A stretch of DNA of 64,000 nucleotides from Thermodesulfobacteriota bacterium (GTDB lineage Bacteria; Desulfobacterota_D; UBA1144; Nemesobacterales; UBA2774), in the NCBI GenBank assembly GCA_963422265.1, contig OY729416.1:960001-1024000 (forward strand). Reading direction: 5' to 3'. The position numbers and the translations under genes are program-made. A model generated the notes under the pieces. It had not been told where the DNA came from and did no database searches. It was given only the letters and a program-made list of their open reading frames with translations. This document shows, piece by piece, positions 41,658 through 52,654 of this stretch. The number at the start of each line of letters is the position of its first letter. The first letter of the stretch is position 1.

Positions 41658-43109
41658 ATGGAATACGAACCTGTAATAGGGCTTGAAGTTCACGCCCAGA
41701 TCAAGACTGCATCCAAGATTTTCTCACCCGCAGCCAGCGAGTTCGGCGGGTCGCCCAACTCATATGTAAATCCTATATGCCTCGGAATGCCGGGCACGTT
41801 GCCCATTCTCAACAAAAAGGCGCTAGAATATGCCGTAAGAGCCGCAATCGCACTGAATTGCGAGATACACACAACGTCGCGGTTCGCTCGTAAAAACTAT
41901 TTTTACCCCGATCTACCAAAAGGATACCAGATATCGCAATACGAAGAACCTTTCTCTTCAAAGGGGTGGCTCGATATCAGCGTCAACGGCTCGACAAAGA
42001 GAATACACATTACGAGAATACACATGGAAGAGGACGCCGGCAAACTCATCCACGATAACAAAGGGGCTTCAAGCTACGTGGATTTAAACAGGGCTGGCAC
42101 TCCGCTTATAGAAATAGTTAGCGAACCTGATATATCCAGTGCGCAAGAAGCCATTGAATACATTAGGAAGCTACGTTCAATTTTAAGGTATATAGGGGTT
42201 TGCGATGGAAACATGGAAGAAGGAAGCCTTAGGTGTGATGCAAACGTCTCAATCAGACCAAAGGGGTCTGAAGAGCTTGGGACAAAGGCTGAGATTAAAA
42301 ATGTGAACTCCTTTAAGTTTATTCAAAAAGCTATAGATTACGAAATAAGAAGACAAACAATGCTCGTAGAAACGGGAGAGCAGGTTGTTCAAGAAACAAG
42401 GCTGTTTGATTCCGTTAGTAGCGAGACATTCTCTATGAGGTCTAAGGAAGAGGCTCACGATTATAGATATTTTCCGGATCCCGATCTCCTCGCCGTTGTG
42501 ATAGAAAAAGAGAAAATTGAAGAGATTGGGTCTTGCCTACCTGAACTCCCAGACGCAAGGCTAAGTAGATTCAAACACGAATACGACTTGCCCGAATACG
42601 ATGCGAAAATCTTAACCGAATCAAAGGAAATAGCGGATTATTTTGAGGAATCCTTAAAACACCATAACAATCCCAAAACCACAAGCAACTGGATTATGAC
42701 TGAGGTTCTACGAGAGCTAAAAGAGGAAGGGATCTCGGACAATTCTAAGATGAGTTCAGAACGCCGTTTTCCAATCACCCCAAAACGCCTCGCCGAACTT
42801 ATAAGCCTAATAGACAAAGGCGCAATCAGCGGAAAGATAGCTAAAGACGTATTCGCCGACATGGTCGCTACGGGGAAAAGAGCACAAGAAATAGTGAAAG
42901 AAAAAGGTATGGAGCAGATCTCCGATCAATCAGAGATTGAGAAAATCGTCCTAGAGACGCTTAAGAAGCATCCCGATGAAATATCCAGATATAAAGCTGG
43001 AGACCAGAAGTTAATGGGATTCTTTGTAGGGCAGGTTATGAAAGCTACGCAAGGCAAAGCTAACCCGAGAATAGTAAACGAAACGCTGAGAAAAGTGCTA
43101 TCTAGCTGA
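41658..43109 (+). CDS. gatB: Asp/Glu-tRNA amidotransferase subunit B
   Basis: IGLEVHAQ, RKNYFYPDLPKGYQISQ, HMEEDAGK, DYRYFPDPDL. Confidence 0.98.
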   Translation: MEYEPVIGLEVHAQIKTASKIFSPAASEFGGSPNSYVNPICLGMPGTLPILNKKALEYAVRAAIALNCEIHTTSRFARKNYFYPDLPKGYQISQYEEPFSSKGWLDISVNGSTKRIHITRIHMEEDAGKLIHDNKGASSYVDLNRAGTPLIEIVSEPDISSAQEAIEYIRKLRSILRYIGVCDGNMEEGSLRCDANVSIRPKGSEELGTKAEIKNVNSFKFIQKAIDYEIRRQTMLVETGEQVVQETRLFDSVSSETFSMRSKEEAHDYRYFPDPDLLAVVIEKEKIEEIGSCLPELPDARLSRFKHEYDLPEYDAKILTESKEIADYFEESLKHHNNPKTTSNWIMTEVLRELKEEGISDNSKMSSERRFPITPKRLAELISLIDKGAISGKIAKDVFADMVATGKRAQEIVKEKGMEQISDQSEIEKIVLETLKKHPDEISRYKAGDQKLMGFFVGQVMKATQGKANPRIVNETLRKVLSS

Positions 43110-43162
43110 CAAGCCTAAGTTTGACAGTAAAGTTTTAAGAATGTAACTTGCAGTCCGAATTT

Positions 43163-44287
43163 ATGAGCAGAGCATATCTTGTTTTAGAAGACGGCACGGT
43201 TTTTAATGGGCAGGGATTTGGGCATGCTGGCGAAGCCTATGGAGAGGTAGTGTTTAACACTTCAACTACCGGCTACCAGGAAATCCTATCGGACCCTTCA
43301 TACAACGGACAGATAATTACTATGACCTATCCAGAAATAGGAAACTACGGAGTCAACTGCGAAGACGTTGAATCAAAACGACCTTTCGTCAAAGCCTTCG
43401 TCGTAAAGGAATACTGGAAGACGCCTAGCAACTGGCGCTCACAGGGAGACTTAGAGTCTTACCTGACAAAATACGGAGTAGTAGGTATAGAAGGTATAGA
43501 TACTAGGGCTCTTACTAGAATAATACGTTCCAAGGGAGCTCAAAGGGGAATTGTTTCTACTACCGACTCGAACCTGGAAAGTCTACTAAGAAAGGTTAGA
43601 GACTCACAGGGGATTATTGGCGTTGACTTGGTAACCGAGGTAAGTTGTGAAAAAACATACGGTTGGACTACTGGATCAGGACGCTGGAGAACTGAGAGGG
43701 AGGAAGAGATTAAAGAAAGCCATAGATTTAAGGTAGTTGCTTATGACTTTGGACTAAAGCGCAATACACTAAGGAGGCTTATCGACAATCGATGTGAAGT
43801 CTCCGTAGTTCCATCAAGAACTCCACCTCACGAGGTTTTGTCAATGAACCCTGATGGAATCTTTCTGTCCAACGGGCCAGGGGACCCTGCAGCCGTCTCA
43901 TACGCGGTCGAAACAGTTAGGGTGCTTGTTGGGAGAAAACCAATCTTCGGTATATGCCTAGGACACCAGATACTAAGCCTCGCTCTTGGTGCTAAAACCT
44001 TTAAGCTAAAGTTCGGCCACAGGGGGGCGAACCAGCCTGTAAAAGACTTAAAAAGCGGTAAGGTGGACATTACATCCCAAAACCATGGATTCGCCGTAGA
44101 TGCGGATACCTTAACTAAAGATGCTGAGGTTACTCATATAAATTTGAACGACGGCACCGTAGAGGGCATAAGACACAAAAATTATCCTGCATTCTCAGTT
44201 CAGTATCATCCAGAAGCCTCTCCTGGTCCTCACGACGCATCTCATTTGTTCCACGAATTTGTAAATATGATGAAAGAAAACGCTTAA
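43163..44287 (+). CDS. carA: Carbamoyl-phosphate synthase small subunit
   Basis: [39 protein letters not shown]. Confidence 0.98.
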   Translation: MSRAYLVLEDGTVFNGQGFGHAGEAYGEVVFNTSTTGYQEILSDPSYNGQIITMTYPEIGNYGVNCEDVESKRPFVKAFVVKEYWKTPSNWRSQGDLESYLTKYGVVGIEGIDTRALTRIIRSKGAQRGIVSTTDSNLESLLRKVRDSQGIIGVDLVTEVSCEKTYGWTTGSGRWRTEREEEIKESHRFKVVAYDFGLKRNTLRRLIDNRCEVSVVPSRTPPHEVLSMNPDGIFLSNGPGDPAAVSYAVETVRVLVGRKPIFGICLGHQILSLALGAKTFKLKFGHRGANQPVKDLKSGKVDITSQNHGFAVDADTLTKDAEVTHINLNDGTVEGIRHKNYPAFSVQYHPEASPGPHDASHLFHEFVNMMKENA

Positions 44288-44350
44288 AAGACGTGTTTGC
44301 TACTTACTAGCTTCAGCGATTTTTCTCCGACCTTTAAGACTTATACAGTA

Positions 44351-45073
44351 TTATTCAACGGCCGCGTTGCGCTTTTTTTTAAGCTCTGCCACGTATCTAT
44401 CCGCAAGCCTAGTTGGTTCGGGAATTCTATATCCTCTGGCGCATCTAACTATTATTTCAAGCGACGTTATGATATCTACTTTATGCCCTACGGATATAAA
44501 CACCGGCTTGGTTCCACGTTTAGTTCTTAAAACAGCACCAATTCTTCCCCCATCATTAGATAACAGATAACTCCAATCGCCTGCATTTTGTTCCGGGTCC
44601 TCGTATCTGCCATAAAGCCTCTTTTTAGCAACCCCAATTGAGGGAACGTCTAGTATAACGCCAACGTGGCAGGCTATACCGAAACCGCGTGGGTGCGCTA
44701 TACCCTGACCGTCCAGGACAAGAAGGTCGGGCTTAACGTCAAGTTTACGGTAAGCCTCGATAATAGCGGGAGCTTCTCTAAAAGCTAGTAGCCCGGGTAT
44801 GTAAGGGAAACTTTCTTCCGCTACGGCTGAGGACTTTTCTATTACCTCTAAAGCAGGGTAAGAGAAAACAACTATTCCGGCAATGAGTTTATTCTCGTCT
44901 TTGAGTATAGCTATATCAGCGCCCGCCAGAGTCTTTAAGTCTCCAAACGTAGATTTGTCCACAACCTTGTCTTTTAGCTTTGCCTGAATCGCTATTGCGT
45001 CCTCGTAGGACGGAGTCCACCCACCATATAGTCTTTCTTTTATCTCTTTTATCTCTTTTTTGATGGAATCCAT
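44351..45073 (-). CDS. nfi: Endonuclease V
   Basis: FPYIPGLLAFRE, DGQGIAHPR.FGIACH, GVAK, RIPEPTRLAD. Confidence 0.96.
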   Translation of the reverse strand: MDSIKKEIKEIKERLYGGWTPSYEDAIAIQAKLKDKVVDKSTFGDLKTLAGADIAILKDENKLIAGIVVFSYPALEVIEKSSAVAEESFPYIPGLLAFREAPAIIEAYRKLDVKPDLLVLDGQGIAHPRGFGIACHVGVILDVPSIGVAKKRLYGRYEDPEQNAGDWSYLLSNDGGRIGAVLRTKRGTKPVFISVGHKVDIITSLEIIVRCARGYRIPEPTRLADRYVAELKKKRNAAVE

Positions 45074-45240
45074 ACGTTTTCCTCTAACGACTCGCTAATA
45101 ATACATTACTAGTTGACAGCTTTCAGCTAGTAGTTTGGCGTGCCCAAGCACCTTCACAAATATCTGCCCAAGTTACTTGTCCAGAAGAGTAAAATTCGGT
45201 AGAATCAACCATCAATCAGCAAGCTTAAAAAGGCTAGGTT

Positions 45241-46191
45241 ATGAAACTGAAAATGGCTTTCGTCATGGACCCAATAGAGTCTATTAACATTGAAAAAGAC
45301 ACAACCTTTGTTCTTATGCTCGAGGCTCAAAGGCGTGGACACCTAGTTTACTACCTGGAATTAAAAGACTTATTCGTAAAAGAAGCGAAAGCTTATGGAA
45401 ATGCAACGGAACTGGCTCTAAAAAGGGATCAAAGCTTCTACAGGCTGGGAAATTGCAAAACCGTCCCACTTGAGAGCTTTGATATAGTCTGGATGAGAAA
45501 AGACCCGCCCTTTAACCAAGATTATATTTACTCAACTTACTTGCTTAGTCTCATTGACGAGGAAAAGACCAAGGTGATAAACAAACCTTCGGGAATAAGG
45601 GAATCGAATGAAAAGCTTTACGCCCTTTACTTTCCTGAATGGATTCCTCCCTGCACCGTAACGAAGGATATAGAGGAACTTGAAAAATTTCTTTGCGAAG
45701 TCGGCGGAGAAATAGTGGTAAAACCTCTTGACGGCCACGGTGGAGAGGGAATTTTTTACGTCCGCGAGGGAGACAAGAATGCAAACGTTATTCTGGAAAC
45801 GATAACGAATTTGGGAACGGTTTACGTGATGGCTCAGAAGTTTTTAGAGGAAGTCGCCAAAGGCGACAAAAGAATCATTCTTTTGAATGGTGAACCCCTT
45901 GGAGCCGTGCTTAGGGTTGCCAAACCGGGAGGAGAATTCAGATCTAACTTTCATTCAGGCGGAAGCGCGTCGAAAACAGAGCTTACGGAAAGAGAAGTCG
46001 AAATATGCGCGACCCTGTCGCCGAGATTGAGACAGGATGGTCTTTATTTTGTGGGAATAGACGTAATAGGGGGCTACGTAACCGAGATAAACACAACAAG
46101 CCCTACGGGGATTCAGGAAATCAATAGTCTCAACGGCGTTAAACTTGAATCTAAGGTAATAGATTTCGCTGAGCGGTTACGCCTCAATTGA
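45241..46191 (+). CDS. gshB: Glutathione synthetase
   Basis: FVMDP, MRKDPPF, KPLDG.GG, GDKRI, EINTTSPTG. Confidence 0.96.
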   Translation: MKLKMAFVMDPIESINIEKDTTFVLMLEAQRRGHLVYYLELKDLFVKEAKAYGNATELALKRDQSFYRLGNCKTVPLESFDIVWMRKDPPFNQDYIYSTYLLSLIDEEKTKVINKPSGIRESNEKLYALYFPEWIPPCTVTKDIEELEKFLCEVGGEIVVKPLDGHGGEGIFYVREGDKNANVILETITNLGTVYVMAQKFLEEVAKGDKRIILLNGEPLGAVLRVAKPGGEFRSNFHSGGSASKTELTEREVEICATLSPRLRQDGLYFVGIDVIGGYVTEINTTSPTGIQEINSLNGVKLESKVIDFAERLRLN

Positions 46192-46224
46192 GGCGCGCTG
46201 ATTTAACCTTTTAAGGAGTGAAAA

Positions 46225-46515
46225 GTGAAAATTTCAAAGGACGACGCCCTGCACGTAGCGGAGTTGGCGAGACTGGAATTTAACGAGGACGAGCTTGAAA
46301 AACTCACTGGACAACTGGGTAATATTCTAGAATACATAGAAAAGCTCAAAGAGTTGGATACGACCAGCGTCAAACCTACATATCACATCTTATATCTATC
46401 CACACCGTTTAGAGATGATAAAGCAATGGAGTGGCTCACCCCTGACGATGTATTAGAGAACGCCCCTGAAAGACAAGACGAGTTTTTTACCGTGCCTAAA
46501 GTTATCGAGGGTTAA
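46225..46515 (+). CDS. gatC: Asp/Glu-tRNA amidotransferase subunit C
   Basis: HVAELARL..., NAPE....FF.VPKVIE; directly upstream of gatA. Confidence 0.95.
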   Translation: MKISKDDALHVAELARLEFNEDELEKLTGQLGNILEYIEKLKELDTTSVKPTYHILYLSTPFRDDKAMEWLTPDDVLENAPERQDEFFTVPKVIEG

Positions 46516-46526
46516 GGAGACGGAGC

Positions 46527-47990
46527 GTGACAGAGCTTCCATACCTAACAATAAGAGAAGCGTCTGAGCTAATAAAAAAGAAAGAGATATCGCCCGTTGA
46601 TATTACAAGATCGGTGCTTGAAAGAATTAGCGATATAGATAGAAAACTCAATTCTTATATAACTGTGATCGCCGATCAGTCTCTGGGAGCAGCTAAAAAT
46701 GCTGAAGAGGCTATAGCTAAAGGCTCTTATCTGGGACCGCTCCATGGAATTCCTCTAGCCTTAAAAGACATCTTCATAACAAGAGGGATTCCCACAACCT
46801 GCGGTTCTAAAATGCTCGAAAACTTTATTCCACCCTACGATGGGTCGGTAACTAAAAGGCTTGTTGACGCAGGGGCGGTAATTGTGGGGAAGAATAACAT
46901 GGATGAGTTTGCCATGGGATCATCCACTGAGACCTCCTATTTTGGTCCCGTCAAAAACCCTTGGGACCTAAATAGAGTCCCAGGTGGTTCAAGCGGAGGC
47001 TCGGCGACCGCGACGGCCGCTTCGCTCTGCCTCGGATCGGTGGGCACAGATACAGGAGGCTCTATAAGACAGCCCGCCTCGCTGTGCGGAGTCGTGGGAA
47101 TGAAACCCACTTATGGAAGGGTAAGCAGGTTTGGCATGATAGCTTTCGCGTCTTCGCTTGATCAAGCGGGTCCAATTACAAAAACAGTAGAAGACGCATC
47201 TATAATTTTAAGCGCTATATCGGGCTATGATCCTATGGACTCCACTTGCGTTGACAAGCCCGTACCCGATTATACTAAACACCTGGAAGATGACGTAGAA
47301 GGAATAAAAGTTGGGATACCTAAGGAATACTTCATTGACGGTATAGACAAAGAGGTAGAAGAAGCATCAAGAAAGGCTATTGAGCTTGTTAAAGACCTGG
47401 GCGGAGAGATAATTGAAATATCGTTGCCACATACTGAATACGCCGTATCTACCTACTATATAATTGCGCCGTCCGAAGCAAGTTCTAATCTTGCTAGATA
47501 TGACGGGGTGAAATACGGTTTCAGGGCGGAAGGCGCTAGATCCTTGGGAGAAATGTATCGCAAAACAAGAGCGGAGGGCTTCGGGGATGAGGTTAAGAGA
47601 AGGATAATGCTTGGGACATATGCCCTTTCCGCGGGCTATTACGATGCTTACTATCTAAAAGCTCAACGCGTAAGAACCCTAATTAAACAAGACTTTGAGA
47701 ACGCATTTAACAAGGTTGACGTCATTATGGCTCCTACTACTCCTGAGACGGCGTTTGAGATTGGGGAAAAAACCGAAGACCCGATAAAAATGTACCTCTC
47801 CGACGTCCTAACTATTCCTTGCAATATAGCAGGTCTTCCCGGGATTTCCGTTCCCTGCGGGTTTTCTTCGGGTGGGCTACCCATAGGAATACAGATAATC
47901 GGTAGGCCATTTGATGAAGAATCCGTTTTGCACGTAGCCCATGCTTATGAACAAGGTGCGAATTTGAGAGAAAGAAGACCGCCTATCTAA
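46527..47990 (+). CDS. gatA: Asp/Glu-tRNA amidotransferase subunit A
   Basis: [39 protein letters not shown]. Confidence 0.98.
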   Translation: MTELPYLTIREASELIKKKEISPVDITRSVLERISDIDRKLNSYITVIADQSLGAAKNAEEAIAKGSYLGPLHGIPLALKDIFITRGIPTTCGSKMLENFIPPYDGSVTKRLVDAGAVIVGKNNMDEFAMGSSTETSYFGPVKNPWDLNRVPGGSSGGSATATAASLCLGSVGTDTGGSIRQPASLCGVVGMKPTYGRVSRFGMIAFASSLDQAGPITKTVEDASIILSAISGYDPMDSTCVDKPVPDYTKHLEDDVEGIKVGIPKEYFIDGIDKEVEEASRKAIELVKDLGGEIIEISLPHTEYAVSTYYIIAPSEASSNLARYDGVKYGFRAEGARSLGEMYRKTRAEGFGDEVKRRIMLGTYALSAGYYDAYYLKAQRVRTLIKQDFENAFNKVDVIMAPTTPETAFEIGEKTEDPIKMYLSDVLTIPCNIAGLPGISVPCGFSSGGLPIGIQIIGRPFDEESVLHVAHAYEQGANLRERRPPI

Positions 47991-48024
47991 GATTGGGTAA
48001 ACTTAATAAACGGAGAAAATCTAT

Positions 48025-48237
48025 ATGACTAAAAAGAGGACTGCTACTAGATCAGTAGAGTCGAGGGTGTGCATGATCTGCGGGAAGCCTTCTGAAGGTT
48101 CTATTTGTGAACCCTGTAAGTCTAACGTTCAGGGCGAAGTCGCTCATAGAAAACAGGAAATGGAAAAACAGGTAAGGATTGGCTCAGAGATTGAGAAAAA
48201 CAAGGCAGTAAAAGAAAAACGTAAAGGTAGCAAATAA
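48025..48237 (+). CDS. Small hypothetical protein with CxxC-x8-CxxC
   Basis: GGAG RBS; CMICGKPSEGSICEPC. Confidence 0.65.
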   Translation: MTKKRTATRSVESRVCMICGKPSEGSICEPCKSNVQGEVAHRKQEMEKQVRIGSEIEKNKAVKEKRKGSK

Positions 48238-48251
48238 TGACGCAACTTGTT

Positions 48252-49085
48252 CTAGTCCCAGATTTTAAGCGCTCGTTTATAGATTTTACTTTTAGAAACC
48301 CCTGTCTCCCAAACAGCTTGTTCCACGGATTCCTTAAGACTTGCCCCTTTATCCCTTAGATCAGTCAGTAATTTCTCTATAGCACCAGAATCGCACTGGA
48401 TGTCATCTTGAGAGGCTCCGCGGACTATTATAGTTAATTCTCCTTTTATAACGCCGCGTTCGCTTAACGTCCTTATTAATTCAGATACCCTACCCCGAAT
48501 AATCTCTTCGTGCAGTTTCGTAATCTCGCGACTGACGGAAATCTCACGATCTCCCAAGGTCTCGTATATTGCCTCTAAAGTTCTTAAAATACGCTTAGGT
48601 GATTCATAAAGTATCAACGTTTCTGGATAACGTCGCACCCTTTGCATAAGCTCAATAATAAGCTTCTTAGATCTAGGAGGGAAACCCAAAAAAGTAAAAC
48701 CTGATGTCGAAAAACCCGAAACGCTAAGGGCGGCAACGGCGGCGGAAGGTCCAGGCACGGGGACAACCCTTATCCCTTCTTGTGAAGCCGATTGGACAAT
48801 CCTGTATCCGGGATCGGAAATTCCAGGCGTCCCGGCGTCCGAGACCAAGGCTACGTCTTTGCCCTGCTGCAAAATCCCCAGAAGCTCCTTGCCTCTACGC
48901 GATTCATTATGCTCATGGTAGCTCGTAAGGGGCGTGCTTAGCCCGTAGCGGGAAAGAAGCTTTTTGGTTATTCTCGTATCTTCGCAGGCTATTAGATCTA
49001 CCTCCCTTAAAACTTCTAGGGCGCGCAGACTAACGTCGCCTAGGTTGCCAATAGGGGTTGAGACTATGTAAAGTATGGAAGGCAC
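48252..49085 (-). CDS. rsmI: 16S rRNA C1402 2'-O-methyltransferase
   Basis: LYIVSTPIGNLGD, ACEDTR, VSDAGTPGISDPG, REITKLHEE. Confidence 0.97.
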   Translation of the reverse strand: MPSILYIVSTPIGNLGDVSLRALEVLREVDLIACEDTRITKKLLSRYGLSTPLTSYHEHNESRRGKELLGILQQGKDVALVSDAGTPGISDPGYRIVQSASQEGIRVVPVPGPSAAVAALSVSGFSTSGFTFLGFPPRSKKLIIELMQRVRRYPETLILYESPKRILRTLEAIYETLGDREISVSREITKLHEEIIRGRVSELIRTLSERGVIKGELTIIVRGASQDDIQCDSGAIEKLLTDLRDKGASLKESVEQAVWETGVSKSKIYKRALKIWD

Positions 49086-49188
49086 CTGTGCTGAAAAACC
49101 CTAATCAAAAGCTGCAACTTAGAATACTATAGTTGTCGAAACAAGTATATAAGTCCCTAGATTGTCAAGGTATGAGCGAAACAAAGTG

Positions 49189-49271
49189 CGGAGGGCGAGG
49201 GATTTGAACCCACAAGTCCGTAAGGACGCCGGTTTTCAAGACCGGTGCATTAGCCGTTCTGCCAGCCCTCC
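49189..49271 (-). tRNA. tRNA-Ser (anticodon TGA), CCA not encoded
   Basis: GGAGGGC acceptor stem; CCGGT-CTTGAAA-ACCGG anticodon arm; variable arm GTCC-TTAC-GGAC; GGTTCAAATCC T-arm. Confidence 0.93.
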
Positions 49272-49302
49272 GAGCATGTTAATTGTAACTGACTGAAAAC
49301 AC

Positions 49303-49914
49303 CTAGCTAACGTAGCTTAACACTTTCTGCACATCTTCATCAGATAACTCTATAGGCTCTACGGTCTCATTTATGTTCTTCTTAAAATTACTGAGAGACA
49401 CTCCCTGCAGATAACAACTTAAGATTGATCTTATGTGTTTGTGCGTAATAACCAGCACCCTTTCACCAGGATATGAAAGCGCTATTTCCCCTATTGTCTG
49501 CACGACACGTTCCTGCACCTCTCGCATAGTTTCAGGAGCGTTAGGTATCGGTATTGAAGTATCACCGTCCATAAACCACTTTTTAAAGTCGCCGTCATTA
49601 TCGGCAAGAAGATCTTCATACCTCTGCCCGTTCCAGTCGCCATGGTCAAGCTCTCTAAGGTCTTGGTGAACGTGTAAAGGAACGCCCAGCTTATCCGCAT
49701 AAAATCTAGAGGTATCGTAAGCCCTTTTAAGAGGGCTAGTAACAATTCTGTCAAAATTGAGACTTTCGATTACAGGACAAGTTTTCTCAACCTCTAGCCA
49801 CCCTTCCTCGCAAAGAGGAAGATCAGTTCTACCTATAAGGCGATTTTCAAGGTTCCACGCCGTCTTGCAATGGCGACCAAGATATATCTTGGTCGCTTGA
49901 GGCAACTCGCTCAT
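49303..49914 (-). CDS. Histidine phosphatase family protein
   Basis: YLGRH..T.WN, SPL.RA, LRELD.G.W.G, VLVITH. Confidence 0.9.
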   Translation of the reverse strand: MSELPQATKIYLGRHCKTAWNLENRLIGRTDLPLCEEGWLEVEKTCPVIESLNFDRIVTSPLKRAYDTSRFYADKLGVPLHVHQDLRELDHGDWNGQRYEDLLADNDGDFKKWFMDGDTSIPIPNAPETMREVQERVVQTIGEIALSYPGERVLVITHKHIRSILSCYLQGVSLSNFKKNINETVEPIELSDEDVQKVLSYVS

Positions 49915-50105
49915 TTAATTTTATTCCTTTGACCTTATTCCTTATTTACAAAATTTACAAAACTTCCAAAGCTCCAAATTCCACAGCCCCGATTGAAACA
50001 TGTTAAGCAGGATTAGGCAAAATATACAAAACGCGCAATGTTTTACAAGACCATTCTAGTAGATCAAATCCACCACTCTCTACCTCATCCCAGCGTAATT
50101 AAACT

Positions 50106-51800
50106 TCATCTCCCGATTGGGAGACTGCTTTCTTTCAAGCTCGGCAGATATGTGCCGCCCAGCTTGACGTGACCTTTATCTACGCCGTCACTAAGCCTAT
50201 TTACCAAATAGTCTCTATTTAGACCTATTATGTTGACACCGTGATCCGACTCAACCAAGCAGAGTAGCTTTATACTTCTAACATTCTTATCCGCAATCTC
50301 ATAAATCGCAGAATAGTTAAGTAGGGCAGCCTCAACCGTGCCACAGGGAAGCGATGGATTTCTAGCACCGGCGTAGTATTCTCCACTACCAAACCAGCTA
50401 GGATTAGGATAGCCGTGAAAATGTAGGATCGGTAAACCATCCTTGATCAGCTCAGGCGTATATAGAGCCGCCGCCATTGCCTGAGCCAGTATCACGTAAG
50501 TGTCAAAAGATGGTCTTATATCCTTCCTGTTCAGGTTCACGCCCCTAGGTGTTTCCAGGTGAAGCTTGCCTTTAATTACACCGATCCGAACTATATCGGT
50601 GGCAGGGTCAAGGTTAGTCTTATCGCTTCCTGAGCGCGACGTTGCAATCCATATATCCGGAACTTGCTGAAAAACTTCTTCTCCCCTGATTACACTTCTT
50701 ACGTGCCACCTACCCTCTTGATTTTCTCTAATAACGTCATCATCAAGGTCTTTAACCTTAGTCATTTTATTCCAAGCCGATTCCGGTACCGTGACGCGCC
50801 CTTCATATCTAGGGGCTTCCGCCAAAGCGATAAAACCATAGGACACCCCCGTCCTACCCTCGAGTATTTTTTCAACAACGTCTCTATGGGACAGCCTTGA
50901 TATCTTTTCACTGAGTTTCGACCCCGCCGGGAATAGCTCAGTCGGTTTCACTAATCTCCCGAGCTCAGCAAGCTGTTTGACGAAAGCTGAATCCGCAGGG
51001 TCATAAACGCCTTTGATAAATCGGTTGAGCACCGGTGGCTTAATAGGAGCGTAAATCTTTGGGATCAGCGAGGTCAACATAAAATCATCGAACTTTTCAC
51101 TGAGATAAATGGAATCAGACAGATTCATGTTAACAAGCGAGAACCTTTCAGGGGCAACCCCTATAACAATTTCAGACATAGTTGAAATAAGGTTATTTAG
51201 ACCTATGGCTATTTTTCGGTCATAGGTCGTATTTGTATCCGCAAACTCGGGATCAAGCGGCATAAGGGTAATTATCTGAGTATTGAACGGATCCTGAACG
51301 TAGCGTGCGGTAAAATCATCAGCCCATCCGCTAATTTTAAGAATCTCCATAACGGACCTATCCCGACCGCGAGTATAAGAGTAAATCTTTTCAGCTAAAC
51401 CACTAAAGAACCTTCTGACAAGAGAATATTCTCTTTTTACGTCAACCACGGCGTGTATGTTTCTCTTGACTTTCCTCGCGCGCAGTATTTTTGAAATTAA
51501 GTCACTCGGCGCCTCAGCCGCCCCGTCCCAGGGAATTACCTGAACGCCGCTCTCCCGTAGCTTTCTCTCCAGCTTTTCTCTAAATCTAATAACAAAGTGA
51601 TTCCCATAACCATTAGGCAATGGCCTGAACGTAACTCTTACTTTCTTTGCCATCTCTAAAGGCTCTCTTGGATTAACTAAGCCTTTTTGCTCTGGCATGC
51701 CAGTAAGGCTGATAATAGTTTTAAGTTCAATATCTGCAAATTGTTCACTAGGCATTATTTGTTTCCTTTTCCCTTTTATTATATATGAATAGCTTGTCAA
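50106..51800 (-). CDS. Hypothetical 564-aa protein
   Basis: Long ORF with HFHGYP, CGT.E and ESDHG motifs near the C-terminus. Confidence 0.75.
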   Translation of the reverse strand: MTSYSYIIKGKRKQIMPSEQFADIELKTIISLTGMPEQKGLVNPREPLEMAKKVRVTFRPLPNGYGNHFVIRFREKLERKLRESGVQVIPWDGAAEAPSDLISKILRARKVKRNIHAVVDVKREYSLVRRFFSGLAEKIYSYTRGRDRSVMEILKISGWADDFTARYVQDPFNTQIITLMPLDPEFADTNTTYDRKIAIGLNNLISTMSEIVIGVAPERFSLVNMNLSDSIYLSEKFDDFMLTSLIPKIYAPIKPPVLNRFIKGVYDPADSAFVKQLAELGRLVKPTELFPAGSKLSEKISRLSHRDVVEKILEGRTGVSYGFIALAEAPRYEGRVTVPESAWNKMTKVKDLDDDVIRENQEGRWHVRSVIRGEEVFQQVPDIWIATSRSGSDKTNLDPATDIVRIGVIKGKLHLETPRGVNLNRKDIRPSFDTYVILAQAMAAALYTPELIKDGLPILHFHGYPNPSWFGSGEYYAGARNPSLPCGTVEAALLNYSAIYEIADKNVRSIKLLCLVESDHGVNIIGLNRDYLVNRLSDGVDKGHVKLGGTYLPSLKESSLPIGR

Positions 51801-51931
51801 TTCACAGGAAGAGAGAGATTTCGACGGGATTCGGAGCGTATAGAGCGCTAATTCAAACTCACCTCTGATTTCCTAATTCCCTTTCTCAAGGGCACATGCT
51901 TTGCTAAAGAAAGATACTTTATATGGCGCAA

Positions 51932-52654
51932 CTATGAGGCCTCAGAGCTTTCATACTCATCTAATACTCCTTGCATCTGGCTTCTCACCATGCTCATCAA
52001 TTCTTCTCTACCAATCCTCCCCGGAGGTAGATCATCTACTTTTATAGGCGGAAAAATTTTTACGCTCATATCGGTAGGATTGATCCATCTCGAGCCTTTG
52101 GAGCGTATTTCCCTTCCCCCAGTAATAACCATCGTAACTAGGGGAACCCTCGCAAGTAAGGCTATGAAAAACCCGCCTTTCTGAAATGGAAGCAATTTGC
52201 CATCGGGGCTTCTTGTCCCCTCAGGGGCAAGCACAACCGCAGGACCGGAGCGAAGATTTTTTACTATTTTCTTTACTTCTCTCGTATCGCCAGCCGACCC
52301 GTCCCTAGCTACTAAGTAGTGCCCGGAGAGCATAGAAACCCATCCGATAAAGGGCATTCTACCGACTTCTTTTTTCATAACGGCCCTCCAGTCAATCGGA
52401 AGAACCGCCATATAGGCAAGCACGTCAAAGATACTTTGATGATTAAACATTATGACGCAAGGCCCCTTAGGAACGTTTTCAATACCCTCAACGTTCACCT
52501 TAACGTCACAGGAAAGAAGCATGAGGCGCGCCCATGGTCTGACTACGTATGGAACTACCTTCTTGGGAGATATAAGCGATAGAGACGTACCGCAAATACC
52601 CGCTATTGTGGTAAGAATTAAAAATGCGATCCAACCTAACATTGTTCTTATCAT
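51932..52654 (-). CDS. plsC: 1-acyl-sn-glycerol-3-phosphate acyltransferase
   Basis: NHQS.FD, PEGTRS, PF.KG.F. Confidence 0.9.
   Translation of the reverse strand: MIRTMLGWIAFLILTTIAGICGTSLSLISPKKVVPYVVRPWARLMLLSCDVKVNVEGIENVPKGPCVIMFNHQSIFDVLAYMAVLPIDWRAVMKKEVGRMPFIGWVSMLSGHYLVARDGSAGDTREVKKIVKNLRSGPAVVLAPEGTRSPDGKLLPFQKGGFFIALLARVPLVTMVITGGREIRSKGSRWINPTDMSVKIFPPIKVDDLPPGRIGREELMSMVRSQMQGVLDEYESSEAS

Noticed and set aside
49189-49271. tRNA-Ser as integration site of the island
   Set aside because: It is over 8 kb from the island with core genes in between, and I saw no duplicated tRNA 3' end.
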